From IMG/VR virus record IMGVR_UViG_3300025131_000005: a stretch of 64,000 nt of DNA; one strand, 5' to 3'. Within the stretch, counting starts at the first letter, position 1. Every line of letters begins with the position of its first letter. The notes under the pieces were generated by a model. The model saw only the letters and a list, made by a program, of their open reading frames with translations. It was not told where the DNA came from and searched no databases. The translations under genes were made by a program, and so were the position numbers. Shown here piece after piece: positions 39,499 through 49,674 of this stretch. Source of the stretch: a virus.

Positions 39499-42400
39499 AT
39501 TTAGTAAAACGATAGGTGGATACAAGCCAAACCCCGGAGCAGCCGGGAGTGGAGACACCACTGCGTATGATTCGACACTCACTAGTGCTGAATTCCCCGG
39601 CCAAAAATCTATCTTTAGTGGTAGTACTCCAAATTCAATTACAGCAGATGCAGAATCTGTAGAATACCTCGAAGTACTTAATACTAAAGAAGATAGGTTT
39701 ATTCCTCATATAAATTTTGCTACGGCTTCGAATTTTGCAAAGTTTGGATCTGCAAAAAAGTATTATGGAGACGCTTTTGTACGCATTCATAATTTTTATC
39801 CCTATGATGGTTCTAAGAAAGAGGCAGTTCAATGGGAATTATCATCTTCTTATTTAGATAGATATATTTTTAAAAATGAATACCCCCGAACGACTGGTTA
39901 TATTACGGTGGGAAGTTCTCGCAGAGCCGCTGGGATAATTGCTGCACCCCCGTTTAATTTTTTTAGCTCCAGCAATCCTGAATATGTATATTTTAAAGGA
40001 GGTCCCAATCCGGATCCATTTGGTAATTTTAAAATAGAAAAAGAGCCAGGAAAATCTACAACTGCAATATCTAAAGCAAATTATTATGATGTTTCTGAAA
40101 AACGGGTATCCAATCTTAAATTTGATCCCAATTCCGGTATTACAGTTGAATTTTGGCTTAAGAAAAGTGGGTTCCTCGGTAGCGCAGCCGCTAATGTAAC
40201 GGAGACGATTTTTCATCTTTTGAATACCGGCTCGAATATTGGAACGCACCGTGGTGATTTTAGAATTTATGTAGATAGTTTAACAGCCAATAGACCTTAT
40301 GTTTTTCTTGGAATTGCATCAGGTAGTACAGCTCTAACCCATAGTGTTTCGACGGGATTATCTACTATAGCTGATAATAAGTGGCACCACTATGCTATTT
40401 CTAATGGGAATTCGGGTAGTTTTAATTATATGAAACTTTACGTGGATGGAAAATGTGTAGGAGATGTCACAGGTTCCGGTGCCATAGGAGAAGTGACCGG
40501 TTCTTTAGTTGCAGCTTTGGGTGCAAATGCTGGCCCCGTCGCGGATAACGTAACCATGACCGGTTCTGCTGGCTGGGCCAATTCGTTTGGCACTTCTTTT
40601 GACGAGTTTCGATACTGGAAAACAGAGAGAAATGCTAAACAAATCGGTAGATTTTATATCGATCAAGTAGCTGGTGGTACAAATACGGATACCGCAAATA
40701 CTGATTTGGGGGTTTATTATAAGTTTAATGAGGGAATTACAGGAACTGCTTCAGTCGATTCTACTATTTTAGATTATTCCGGAAGAATTAGTAATGGCAA
40801 TTTTATAGGTTATGCATCTGGATTTCGTAATGTTGGATCTGCAATTGTTTCGGCATCAGCCGCACCCTTTGAATTCAAAGATCCCATTATATACAATTTC
40901 CACCCAGATGTTGTAGCGAAATTAGCAGCATTGCAGGAAAAAGCGGAGTTTTATGATAGTGTCAATGCGAATGCGTTGATTAATAACGTTCCTGCTTGGA
41001 TTATAGAAAACGATGTCAATGAGGGATCAGAAAATCTAGCCAATATGATACAAATTATTGCCAGCTATTTGGATACCTTATATCTTCAAACAGAAGCTCT
41101 TCCGACATTAAAAGATGTACGCTACGCTAAAGATAATGAAAAGCCATTTTTCTTTAATCAAAAATTATTGAGTGATTTTGGTTTTGAAACAGAAGAAATT
41201 TTAACTGATAATTCTTTATTTGCATATGCTAACAACAGAGATGAAAAAATCCTGTTTGCTAAAAAACTTTATGATGTCAAGAACCAAATATATAAAAATA
41301 TCTATAATAATTTAACTTATCTCAATAAAACAAAAGGAAGCGCCAAATCTTTTCGCAATCTTTTGAGATGTCTGGGCATTGATGAAGAGATACTTCGTTT
41401 AAGTATTTATTCTGATGGTTATCAACAAGATATTCGAACGAATTATCGTGTAATTTCTTCAAAACAAAAATATGTTGATTTTTTCAACAATAATAACGCT
41501 AGCGTCTATATTAATTATGACTCTTCTAATCCGTATTCAGTTGGCTTTGTATCGGGTGGCTTCAATAGTTGGGATCCCCCGAACCTAAGTGAAGGATTTA
41601 ATTGGCTAGAATCAGCAGCTGCTACTATAGAAACCGAAGTTGTTTTTCCGAAATATGCTCCAAAAATTGGTATTGATAATAATTTCACTAAAGAATTTCC
41701 AAATTATACATCTTCAATATTTGGTGCGTATGTACCTGAAGATTTAGATCAACAATCCACTGATGCTACGATTAGGACAGAAGGTAGTGGTAGTTTTCAG
41801 GTATATGTAATTCGAAATAATATTACAGAAACAAATCCCGATGCTTACTTTCTTTTAACCGGTTCTTTCGGTAGTTTGACAAGTAGCTATTTTGAAGATG
41901 TTTATCAAAATTCAAAATGGAGTTTTGCTGTCAAAGTAAAACCAGAAAAAAGTCCTTTCTTTCCTTTTATGTCTGGTACAACTGACATTCCTTTATCTTT
42001 AAATGTCGAATTTCAAGGAATCAACACAATAGAGAATCAGGTTATTAATGAATTTACGGTTACATCTTCTTGGACCGACCCGGTTAATTCAAATAATCTT
42101 GCTTTCCTTGCTGATCCCAAAAGATTATATATTGGTGCCAATCGACAGAATTTTACCGATGCTACTGTAAACTATCCTTCCGATGTTTATATTTCTTCTT
42201 TGAGGTATTGGTTAAAAGATTTGACAAGACAAGAGCTTCTAGCTCATGCTATTGACGATCAAAATTACGGTACAATCCATCCATATCAAAATTCATTTTT
42301 GTTCGAAAAAGGAGGAGATGGAGGTGGAGAACCAGTTTATGCCAAAACAGCAGAATCAGTCCAAGTTCCACAAATGGCTACGTTAGCTCTTAATTGGAAT

Positions 42401-45400
42401 TTTGATACAATAACTGGAAGCAATGCTAGTGGAGAATTTACTGTTCCAGATTTTTCTTATGGTACTGGTGGAAGCTCATATTCACAATTATCGGGTGTTC
42501 TCTCTCAGCAATATGTTGGTAAAGCTATTAATTTTGCAGCCTCCAGCACGGATGTAGTTGAACGTAAAAATATTTATGCTTATAGACAAGAATTACCAGA
42601 TATAATTTATTCTGATGATCAAGTAGATATTGTCGATTTTGAAGGAGAGATTTTCACTAGAGAATCACGGCCTATAGAATATTTTTATGCTTTTGAGAAA
42701 AGTATGTATCGATCGATATCGGAGGATATGCTTAATCTTTTTGCAACGCTACAAGATTTTCATCGTCTTATTGGCGAACCGGTTAATAGATATCGTACCA
42801 GATATAAAAATATGGAAAAAATAAGACAACTTTTTTTCCAAAGGGTTTCTAATACTCCCGATTTAGATAAATTTTTAGAATTTTATAAATGGATTGATAA
42901 TAGCATTTCTAATATGTTGAACAATCTAGTACCAGCATCAGCCCCTTTTGCTGAAAAAACTCGCGATGTAATAGAGAGCCATGTTCTAGAAAGAAATAAA
43001 TATCAGAGTAAATTTCCAACCATTGAAAACAAATTGATAATAAATGCTAGCGTTCCTGCCACTTGGACCAAGAAGGTAGCAGTACATCGGGCTAAGACCG
43101 CCCAGAGCACGGCAATGAGAAATTTTGATCAGGGTACCGCAGTTGCACAACAACCAGCAAAAATAGTAGATTTGGCTAATTTTTTGAGCAATGACGGGAT
43201 TTTTATTAGCAGCCCAACTTCTATATTGGGTTCTGCAAACCAAATTGCAAATCCACAAGAAGGTCAAAAATATAATCCTCTGTATTGGCAGTTCCAAGCT
43301 GAAGCCACCAATCCTGTAATTTCTGTTGATAATGGTGGCGTGATTGACAATCACAGGGAAGCACTCCGTGCAGCATTTAGAAACCAACATTCTGCTTCAA
43401 TTTGGGATAAATTTGTTGAAGGGGGAGATGTTTTGCAAACTCCTACTATGGGAAGAGCATATTCTGCTTTTTCCGCTGGTAGAATAGAAACAATTGGACG
43501 TCTCTCCAATTATGATATTGGCTTTGTTGGCTCTGCTCTTAAGCGCGGAGCCCCTGGCAGTAACGGCACCCAAGCTTTAACTGTGGTAGTTGATTCCGGA
43601 AGCGCTAGAGTTGATTATTTTGCCATCGATCCTAGAAGTAATAAAGATCCAAATCTCTTTGACGGACCAACACGACGTTTTGGAATAGGAGTTACATATG
43701 ATTCAAATACGAGTCCGTATCGTGTTGGAGAAGGTTTACTACCTTTTGGAATATATTCCTCTTCTGCACAAAGTGGATACAAAACTGCTTTAAATTCTTA
43801 TTTTCCAGGAGCAGAATTAAACAGGAAATTTCTTGATCTCTACAGAAGAGAAACTCAGCAGCCATTGCAGGGCCCTTTTGCTTCTACCCATGTCGGAGGA
43901 AATCCGTATAGACACAACACACCTCTTTATAATAATAATATTCTCGGAGATGTATCACAAAGAAGTGAATTATACAATATGTCCGTTGGTACTGGTACCT
44001 TGACGCTTTCTAGAAGAGATCTTACCCAGGTTGGATCTAACTATTATAGAGATGAAATTTCCAAACGTCCTTTTGTATTCAAAAATATCAAATCTCAGAC
44101 ATCTTCTTTTGTTGGAGGAGTCCAGCAAACTTTTGGTGTTCTTGGAAATTACAATAAAGATTATGAAATAGTTCAAGCGACAACTGCAATTGCACAAAAA
44201 GGGTGGCTTCGGGATAATTATGAAGGCGGCGTCAACTTTACACAAACGACAGCGGAAGTATTATTTTTAACAGGAAATCTTGATTATAATATACAAGTAA
44301 GAACTGGTTCTGCGTTGGCACAATCTACTTTTGTCGGTAGATTTTCTGCACCCGGCTCTGCCCAAGTATTGTCGGATGGTTATTTAGATCCTTTCTCGTT
44401 ATCGCTTTCGGTATACAATAATCTTAATTATCGGAATGCTTTAGTTCGCTTAATAACAAATGGTACCCAATTTACATCGACACAAAGTTATGTTCATAAC
44501 GAATTTCGCACTTTACAAACTACTCAACCTTTAAATGCATTAATGAGGGACCATACTTCGTGGGGTGGTTATGACGCACTTACTGGCGCACCTTCTTTTC
44601 ATAAAATACAAAGAAATACTCGCCGTCGAATGGTTTATAGTGGCTCCACAATAGTAACCCAATCTTTCTATGACAATGGGTTTGTTCAACATCAGATTCC
44701 GCAAAGTGATAGGCAATATGCATGGATTACAGCTTCTTTAGAAGAGAATAGCCCATTACTTGGCTTTATTTTGAATACATCAAGTGCTACGTTTATAACT
44801 AAATCACAAGCCAGTGTCGATGGAATGTATCAAGATTTTGTTGGCATGAATAATACATATTATATTCCAATTGATTTTAGTACCAATACCGTTAAAATAG
44901 CTCAATCAGCGCCATCTGGTTTAATTAGTTCCCAAGTTGCCGCTGGTATTAATCTAAGATTTCTAAAAGCTGGTTTTGTATATGGTTATCCAACTTGGAG
45001 ACAATTAGCTTGTCATGCTGGATGGTCGACACAAGCTGTTTTAGGATGGCAAAAAAGACATAGTGTACTATCAGTTATAACGCGAGAATCTTATAAGAAT
45101 TTAGAAGCATTGGCAATTGGTCCTGCCTCCAATCTTCGTAAAGGGGAATTGCAAATTGCGAATATTGTCGACCCGGTTGCTATTGATGCCAACAAGAGTT
45201 TACTATTTACTTTGACTGACTTATCTCCCAATGGTGCACAGAAAATTACCTTGAGCGTACCTTATTGCAACAATGTACAAACATTTGCTAATAACGATGT
45301 CAATTATATAGCCAATTTTAATGATGATAATCTGTCTAACCTAACTTCTTATGATTTAGCAACAGCAGATTATAGAACCGTTATTGATCTTTACCTTACT

Positions 45401-48400
45401 GCACCTGGAGTTTCTTTTAATAGTGTCAAATATAGTCGCAAAATATATCCTCGTACACAAAATACATTTCTGTCCGGAACAAAAGGAAGAATCAATTATG
45501 CAGAATTGAAATCATCCGATGTAGATAATATGAGTACCAATGGGTTAGGGCGCAGCGATATACGAACGTTTTGGAAGGATAGCCTGACTGATCGCCTGCG
45601 AACGTATCTTACTTACGCTACTAATGATGCCAGTCAGGTCCCGGTAACAGATATTTTTAATAACATCTGCCTTAATAATGCGATCCACTCTCTTTATGTT
45701 TGGAAAAATGATGGGATCAGCGTATGGCCATTGGATGGACCCCAGATTGCGAAAACCGATGGTTCGAGCAGAGTATGGAATACGGGCTCTCGGGGTGTTC
45801 TCCACAAGGGTCCCATACATTCCAAGTGCTTCATCTACTCTACGGGTGTCGTCAGCACCGGAGTGTTTAATTGCTACAAGGCTTTTCCTCGTTTTCACGG
45901 TACGGATGATTTCGTAGCAATTGCTTCTACATATGGGAGTAATGAAGTTAACTGGACAGCTGCAGCAGATCGAGGCATCAACCCATGGTATAATTCTTAT
46001 GAATCTTATTCCGAAGATCTTAGATATGTGGCTAAAAATTCTACTATTATACCAGAATTTAATATTTCTAATTTATTATCCTATTATCTTATTGATAAGA
46101 AAGAAGATTTTAACGCGCCACTTCCAAAAAATTTCTTGAACTTAGATGGGGCTAGTATTACATCAAGCCAAATTCAAGATGTTTTTAATACGAAATTTTT
46201 TAAAGAATATAGTACTAGTGATTTTCTTAAGGATTTTGATGTTATTTTAAATGATCATAAATCTTTTACAGATATATCTTCAATTACTTTAAAATGTGAA
46301 GGTTATAAAAAGTTGCTTCCTTATAACGGATTTTATCCTGTAACAAGGACTGTCCAGATAGCTTCTCTGCTTTCTCAATCTTATGGAACCCATTTAACCG
46401 GCGTATCTACCGCTCCTACTAATTATCCGATAAAAGGCGGCAATAGCGATTTTGTGACTCATTCGGCGGAAGCCGCACTACAAAGTTTTTTACAGCCTTT
46501 GTTCGCGCCTGGTATATTATATAATACGATTAAATCGGGTATTGCTGTTGATTGGCCGATGTTTACTGGCTCTACTCCCCAAAGCTCGTTCGGATCCGGA
46601 ATTCCTGGCGCATATCCACGGATTTCGCTTTCTAATAATTATCGTCTGCAATTTGATGCAATACATGATTTTACTAAAATGCCTGTTAATGAAAGGATGT
46701 ATGGTGTCTCTAATTCTATAATTAATGATTATTGTGTGTATGATGGCGGCACTGAAAACAACCTATATCGACTAGCAATAAATAATTTCTTGGCAGAATC
46801 AGTTAATCTCTTTCTTAAAGATGGGAAATTAACAAGTTTTATTTCTAAACCAATGAAAGAGGTGAGCTTTGAGACAGGCAAGACATACCGCATGAAAGTA
46901 GAATTGGAACAGTTATCCGGATCCGTAATGTCACAGGGATCAAAAACGAACTTCATGTCTTCCCTCGCTCCAATTTCATCTTCCCACGGACGCGTCTTTG
47001 GACCACCTTTTCAGTTCTCTGCCGCTGGTGTAGAGTTAACGGGGAGCGGCACCCTGGGTACCGGTGGATTTGGAGGCTTCGATCAATGCGATCCGGCATA
47101 TGCCCCTTACACTCCCCCTTATTATTATGGAAAAGCCACCGCTATTTTGGAATATACAAATACAGTCGACGACACTACAGCACCCACCTTAGATATGGTT
47201 ATTAATGCGATTACGGCTTCATATAGCTCATCTTTGGACACAAATATTCCCAATTTTACTAGTGGTAGCATTTCCTTTCGTTCGTATATTGACAATACTT
47301 CACCAGCAATTGCAAACAAGATGCAAATAAGCGCATCGGTTAGCTTATTTGGGAAGAGGATTTTAGAGAAATCCCAATATGATAAAGATGGTAATTTGGT
47401 TGGTATGGAAGACGCCGAAGATATTTCACAATTTGAACAAATGGTTATTTCAACAAAATATGAGTGTCCTGTTTTAGAATTTAAGACTTACGACAACGAA
47501 TACAAACCGCGAGGCATGTGGAATAACTATGGAGTCATTCCCAAGCCCTCAGAGGGTTTGGTAATGAAATTAAGTGGACCCAGTGATAAAGAAATGGCTA
47601 CTGACGGAGTTGAAGATTTAAAAAATCTAATGTTTGGCTCCAGCGGCGTAGAGGACAGCTCAGGGGGCAAGAAAATTGGTAAGCTTCCCATGGATTACGA
47701 GAAAACGATTTCAGAAGCAATCGTTGCCATTCCTTTTATGGATATAAAACCCTCAAAGAAAATTATGGATTATGTAATAGGATCTCCTCTAGGATCAGAC
47801 TCTAAAAGGTACTTTTTCAAAATATTCGAAACTGGAGAAGAGAGTGGTAAGAGTGTAAAGGACCTTAAAGATAAGATGCATAAATATGTTTTTCCACCTA
47901 AGATGGATTTTGTCAATAATGCTACAGCACAACCTTACGTAATGTTTGTTTTTGAATTTGAGCAAAAGTTAACGCGAGAGAATTTGCAAGATATTTGGCA
48001 AGGACTGATGCCGTCGTGTGCAAGAGAAGTTACTAAACAAAACTCTTCATTAAATATTCCCACCAAAACAAACGAATTATTATCTGAATTCTTAAAGCAC
48101 TGTGCGGGCAATATTTCAAGTAATAACATAATTACTAATACATTCAATAACTTAAAATGGATGGTGTTTAAAGTGAAAAAACGCGCTAGAAATAATTACA
48201 CTGCAATTACTGAAGATTTAAGTGATGATCAAAGATTACTCTCCAAACAGGGAGAACTGGGAAAAGATCTACCTTATTCTTATAATTGGCCTTATGATTA
48301 TTGTTCTTTGGTGGAATTAGCCAACTTGACAGTTGGTAACGATCTGTCCAAGATAGGTGCACCTCCTTCGACATTACCAATTCCACCAACATCTAAACCT

Positions 48401-48415
48401 GGCGGTAATTATTAA
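39491..48415 (+). CDS. Giant (2974 aa) baseplate/tail protein with LamG-like domains and a gp7/gpI-like wedge motif
   Basis: LamG-like ITVEFWLKK...KWHHYAIS...KLYVDGK...FDEFRYWK.ER and a second copy (KWSFAVKV...ISSLRYW); KTKGSAKSFRNLLRCLG wedge-like motif. Confidence 0.65.
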   Translation: MAKFSKTIGGYKPNPGAAGSGDTTAYDSTLTSAEFPGQKSIFSGSTPNSITADAESVEYLEVLNTKEDRFIPHINFATASNFAKFGSAKKYYGDAFVRIHNFYPYDGSKKEAVQWELSSSYLDRYIFKNEYPRTTGYITVGSSRRAAGIIAAPPFNFFSSSNPEYVYFKGGPNPDPFGNFKIEKEPGKSTTAISKANYYDVSEKRVSNLKFDPNSGITVEFWLKKSGFLGSAAANVTETIFHLLNTGSNIGTHRGDFRIYVDSLTANRPYVFLGIASGSTALTHSVSTGLSTIADNKWHHYAISNGNSGSFNYMKLYVDGKCVGDVTGSGAIGEVTGSLVAALGANAGPVADNVTMTGSAGWANSFGTSFDEFRYWKTERNAKQIGRFYIDQVAGGTNTDTANTDLGVYYKFNEGITGTASVDSTILDYSGRISNGNFIGYASGFRNVGSAIVSASAAPFEFKDPIIYNFHPDVVAKLAALQEKAEFYDSVNANALINNVPAWIIENDVNEGSENLANMIQIIASYLDTLYLQTEALPTLKDVRYAKDNEKPFFFNQKLLSDFGFETEEILTDNSLFAYANNRDEKILFAKKLYDVKNQIYKNIYNNLTYLNKTKGSAKSFRNLLRCLGIDEEILRLSIYSDGYQQDIRTNYRVISSKQKYVDFFNNNNASVYINYDSSNPYSVGFVSGGFNSWDPPNLSEGFNWLESAAATIETEVVFPKYAPKIGIDNNFTKEFPNYTSSIFGAYVPEDLDQQSTDATIRTEGSGSFQVYVIRNNITETNPDAYFLLTGSFGSLTSSYFEDVYQNSKWSFAVKVKPEKSPFFPFMSGTTDIPLSLNVEFQGINTIENQVINEFTVTSSWTDPVNSNNLAFLADPKRLYIGANRQNFTDATVNYPSDVYISSLRYWLKDLTRQELLAHAIDDQNYGTIHPYQNSFLFEKGGDGGGEPVYAKTAESVQVPQMATLALNWNFDTITGSNASGEFTVPDFSYGTGGSSYSQLSGVLSQQYVGKAINFAASSTDVVERKNIYAYRQELPDIIYSDDQVDIVDFEGEIFTRESRPIEYFYAFEKSMYRSISEDMLNLFATLQDFHRLIGEPVNRYRTRYKNMEKIRQLFFQRVSNTPDLDKFLEFYKWIDNSISNMLNNLVPASAPFAEKTRDVIESHVLERNKYQSKFPTIENKLIINASVPATWTKKVAVHRAKTAQSTAMRNFDQGTAVAQQPAKIVDLANFLSNDGIFISSPTSILGSANQIANPQEGQKYNPLYWQFQAEATNPVISVDNGGVIDNHREALRAAFRNQHSASIWDKFVEGGDVLQTPTMGRAYSAFSAGRIETIGRLSNYDIGFVGSALKRGAPGSNGTQALTVVVDSGSARVDYFAIDPRSNKDPNLFDGPTRRFGIGVTYDSNTSPYRVGEGLLPFGIYSSSAQSGYKTALNSYFPGAELNRKFLDLYRRETQQPLQGPFASTHVGGNPYRHNTPLYNNNILGDVSQRSELYNMSVGTGTLTLSRRDLTQVGSNYYRDEISKRPFVFKNIKSQTSSFVGGVQQTFGVLGNYNKDYEIVQATTAIAQKGWLRDNYEGGVNFTQTTAEVLFLTGNLDYNIQVRTGSALAQSTFVGRFSAPGSAQVLSDGYLDPFSLSLSVYNNLNYRNALVRLITNGTQFTSTQSYVHNEFRTLQTTQPLNALMRDHTSWGGYDALTGAPSFHKIQRNTRRRMVYSGSTIVTQSFYDNGFVQHQIPQSDRQYAWITASLEENSPLLGFILNTSSATFITKSQASVDGMYQDFVGMNNTYYIPIDFSTNTVKIAQSAPSGLISSQVAAGINLRFLKAGFVYGYPTWRQLACHAGWSTQAVLGWQKRHSVLSVITRESYKNLEALAIGPASNLRKGELQIANIVDPVAIDANKSLLFTLTDLSPNGAQKITLSVPYCNNVQTFANNDVNYIANFNDDNLSNLTSYDLATADYRTVIDLYLTAPGVSFNSVKYSRKIYPRTQNTFLSGTKGRINYAELKSSDVDNMSTNGLGRSDIRTFWKDSLTDRLRTYLTYATNDASQVPVTDIFNNICLNNAIHSLYVWKNDGISVWPLDGPQIAKTDGSSRVWNTGSRGVLHKGPIHSKCFIYSTGVVSTGVFNCYKAFPRFHGTDDFVAIASTYGSNEVNWTAAADRGINPWYNSYESYSEDLRYVAKNSTIIPEFNISNLLSYYLIDKKEDFNAPLPKNFLNLDGASITSSQIQDVFNTKFFKEYSTSDFLKDFDVILNDHKSFTDISSITLKCEGYKKLLPYNGFYPVTRTVQIASLLSQSYGTHLTGVSTAPTNYPIKGGNSDFVTHSAEAALQSFLQPLFAPGILYNTIKSGIAVDWPMFTGSTPQSSFGSGIPGAYPRISLSNNYRLQFDAIHDFTKMPVNERMYGVSNSIINDYCVYDGGTENNLYRLAINNFLAESVNLFLKDGKLTSFISKPMKEVSFETGKTYRMKVELEQLSGSVMSQGSKTNFMSSLAPISSSHGRVFGPPFQFSAAGVELTGSGTLGTGGFGGFDQCDPAYAPYTPPYYYGKATAILEYTNTVDDTTAPTLDMVINAITASYSSSLDTNIPNFTSGSISFRSYIDNTSPAIANKMQISASVSLFGKRILEKSQYDKDGNLVGMEDAEDISQFEQMVISTKYECPVLEFKTYDNEYKPRGMWNNYGVIPKPSEGLVMKLSGPSDKEMATDGVEDLKNLMFGSSGVEDSSGGKKIGKLPMDYEKTISEAIVAIPFMDIKPSKKIMDYVIGSPLGSDSKRYFFKIFETGEESGKSVKDLKDKMHKYVFPPKMDFVNNATAQPYVMFVFEFEQKLTRENLQDIWQGLMPSCAREVTKQNSSLNIPTKTNELLSEFLKHCAGNISSNNIITNTFNNLKWMVFKVKKRARNNYTAITEDLSDDQRLLSKQGELGKDLPYSYNWPYDYCSLVELANLTVGNDLSKIGAPPSTLPIPPTSKPGGNY

Positions 48416-48417
48416 AA

Positions 48418-49674
48418 ATGAGATTTTTAGATCAAAAAGAAGAAGTTATTGATATTCAGTTAACACCAACTGGTACCAGATTACTGCAACTTGGTGCGTT
48501 TAAACCATCACGATATTGTTTCTTTGATGATGATGTTCTTTATGATGGTAGGTGGGCTGGTATTAATGGAGAAACACAAAACGAAATTGAAGCTCGAATT
48601 CAAGATGTCCCACGCCTACAAGCAAGAAGAGTAAAATATTCTGTCGAGGACATGATTCACAGGGATGCATATGGAACTGCTGATCCTATGGCTCATTATG
48701 ATATATTCCAAGCTTGGAGCTATCTTTCCTTTCTGGGGGCGTCACAATTATTTGCAGATTCAGATTTTTTTGATGATATGCTTGGTCTATCACCGACATC
48801 AGCTCCTATTTTAAGCCAAGTTCCAATAAATAGAACGTACACACTCTATGGTCCACTTGGAAATATGGGTTTTAATACTGGGGATGCGCTTCCTAGATGG
48901 GATATAAAATTTTTAAAGGCTCCCCTCACAGGCTCCACCGCAGTAACTGGATCGATGGGGGAAGATATATATCAACTGGATGTAGATTTAGAATACAAAA
49001 TTAATATTGAAAAAACAACTACACTTGATGCGGTAGAAGCTGATTATGATCTCAACGATCCTTTGGGCTCTATATCCATTGAAGAAGTGGGTACTTCTAT
49101 GGAGGACCTAAATACATCGACTGTAAGCTTAGATGGGACATATATACAAGTTATTGATGATTATCTTTTTTTGAGAATAGAAGAAGAAAATACTCGATTT
49201 TTTAAAGAAAATTTTGAAATAGAAGTTTACCGTATTGATGACATGTTAGCTGTGCCCAATTCGACCCCATGGGTGGATCCTTCTTTTAACCCTCAAGAAA
49301 AGAGATTATTTTTTGATAATACAAAAATTCCAATGGATGCGGTGCTGAGTGGCGATAATCCACAAGATTTTCCCTTTGGAGAAGAAAAGAGCGAGGATTG
49401 GCTTGGAGCTGATTATGCCTCGAAAATGGGTGATGAAGACGCCGAGGGAATCGCTGATTATGGCGAAGTTTACGGTAAAAGATTTGTAGAATACTTTTTT
49501 GATGTATTGGTAGATGAAAGTATACCGGATGAAATTTTTTGCAAAGCAATGAGTAAAGATGAGACAACATTTAGTTATTTAGACAAACAAATGTTTGATT
49601 GTAAAAATATAGAACTTTCTCCTGACAGGGATCCATATGATATGCCGGATGAACCCACGGAGGCGTGCGATTGA
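48418..49674 (+). CDS. Structural protein, N-terminus paralogous to the 57350 gene
   Basis: MRFLDQKEEVIDIQLTPTGTRLLQLGAFKPSRYCFFDDDVLY aligns with MGFLDNSGDIILDAVLTDLGRERMARG...FTVGDDEIDY. Confidence 0.55.
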   Translation: MRFLDQKEEVIDIQLTPTGTRLLQLGAFKPSRYCFFDDDVLYDGRWAGINGETQNEIEARIQDVPRLQARRVKYSVEDMIHRDAYGTADPMAHYDIFQAWSYLSFLGASQLFADSDFFDDMLGLSPTSAPILSQVPINRTYTLYGPLGNMGFNTGDALPRWDIKFLKAPLTGSTAVTGSMGEDIYQLDVDLEYKINIEKTTTLDAVEADYDLNDPLGSISIEEVGTSMEDLNTSTVSLDGTYIQVIDDYLFLRIEEENTRFFKENFEIEVYRIDDMLAVPNSTPWVDPSFNPQEKRLFFDNTKIPMDAVLSGDNPQDFPFGEEKSEDWLGADYASKMGDEDAEGIADYGEVYGKRFVEYFFDVLVDESIPDEIFCKAMSKDETTFSYLDKQMFDCKNIELSPDRDPYDMPDEPTEACD

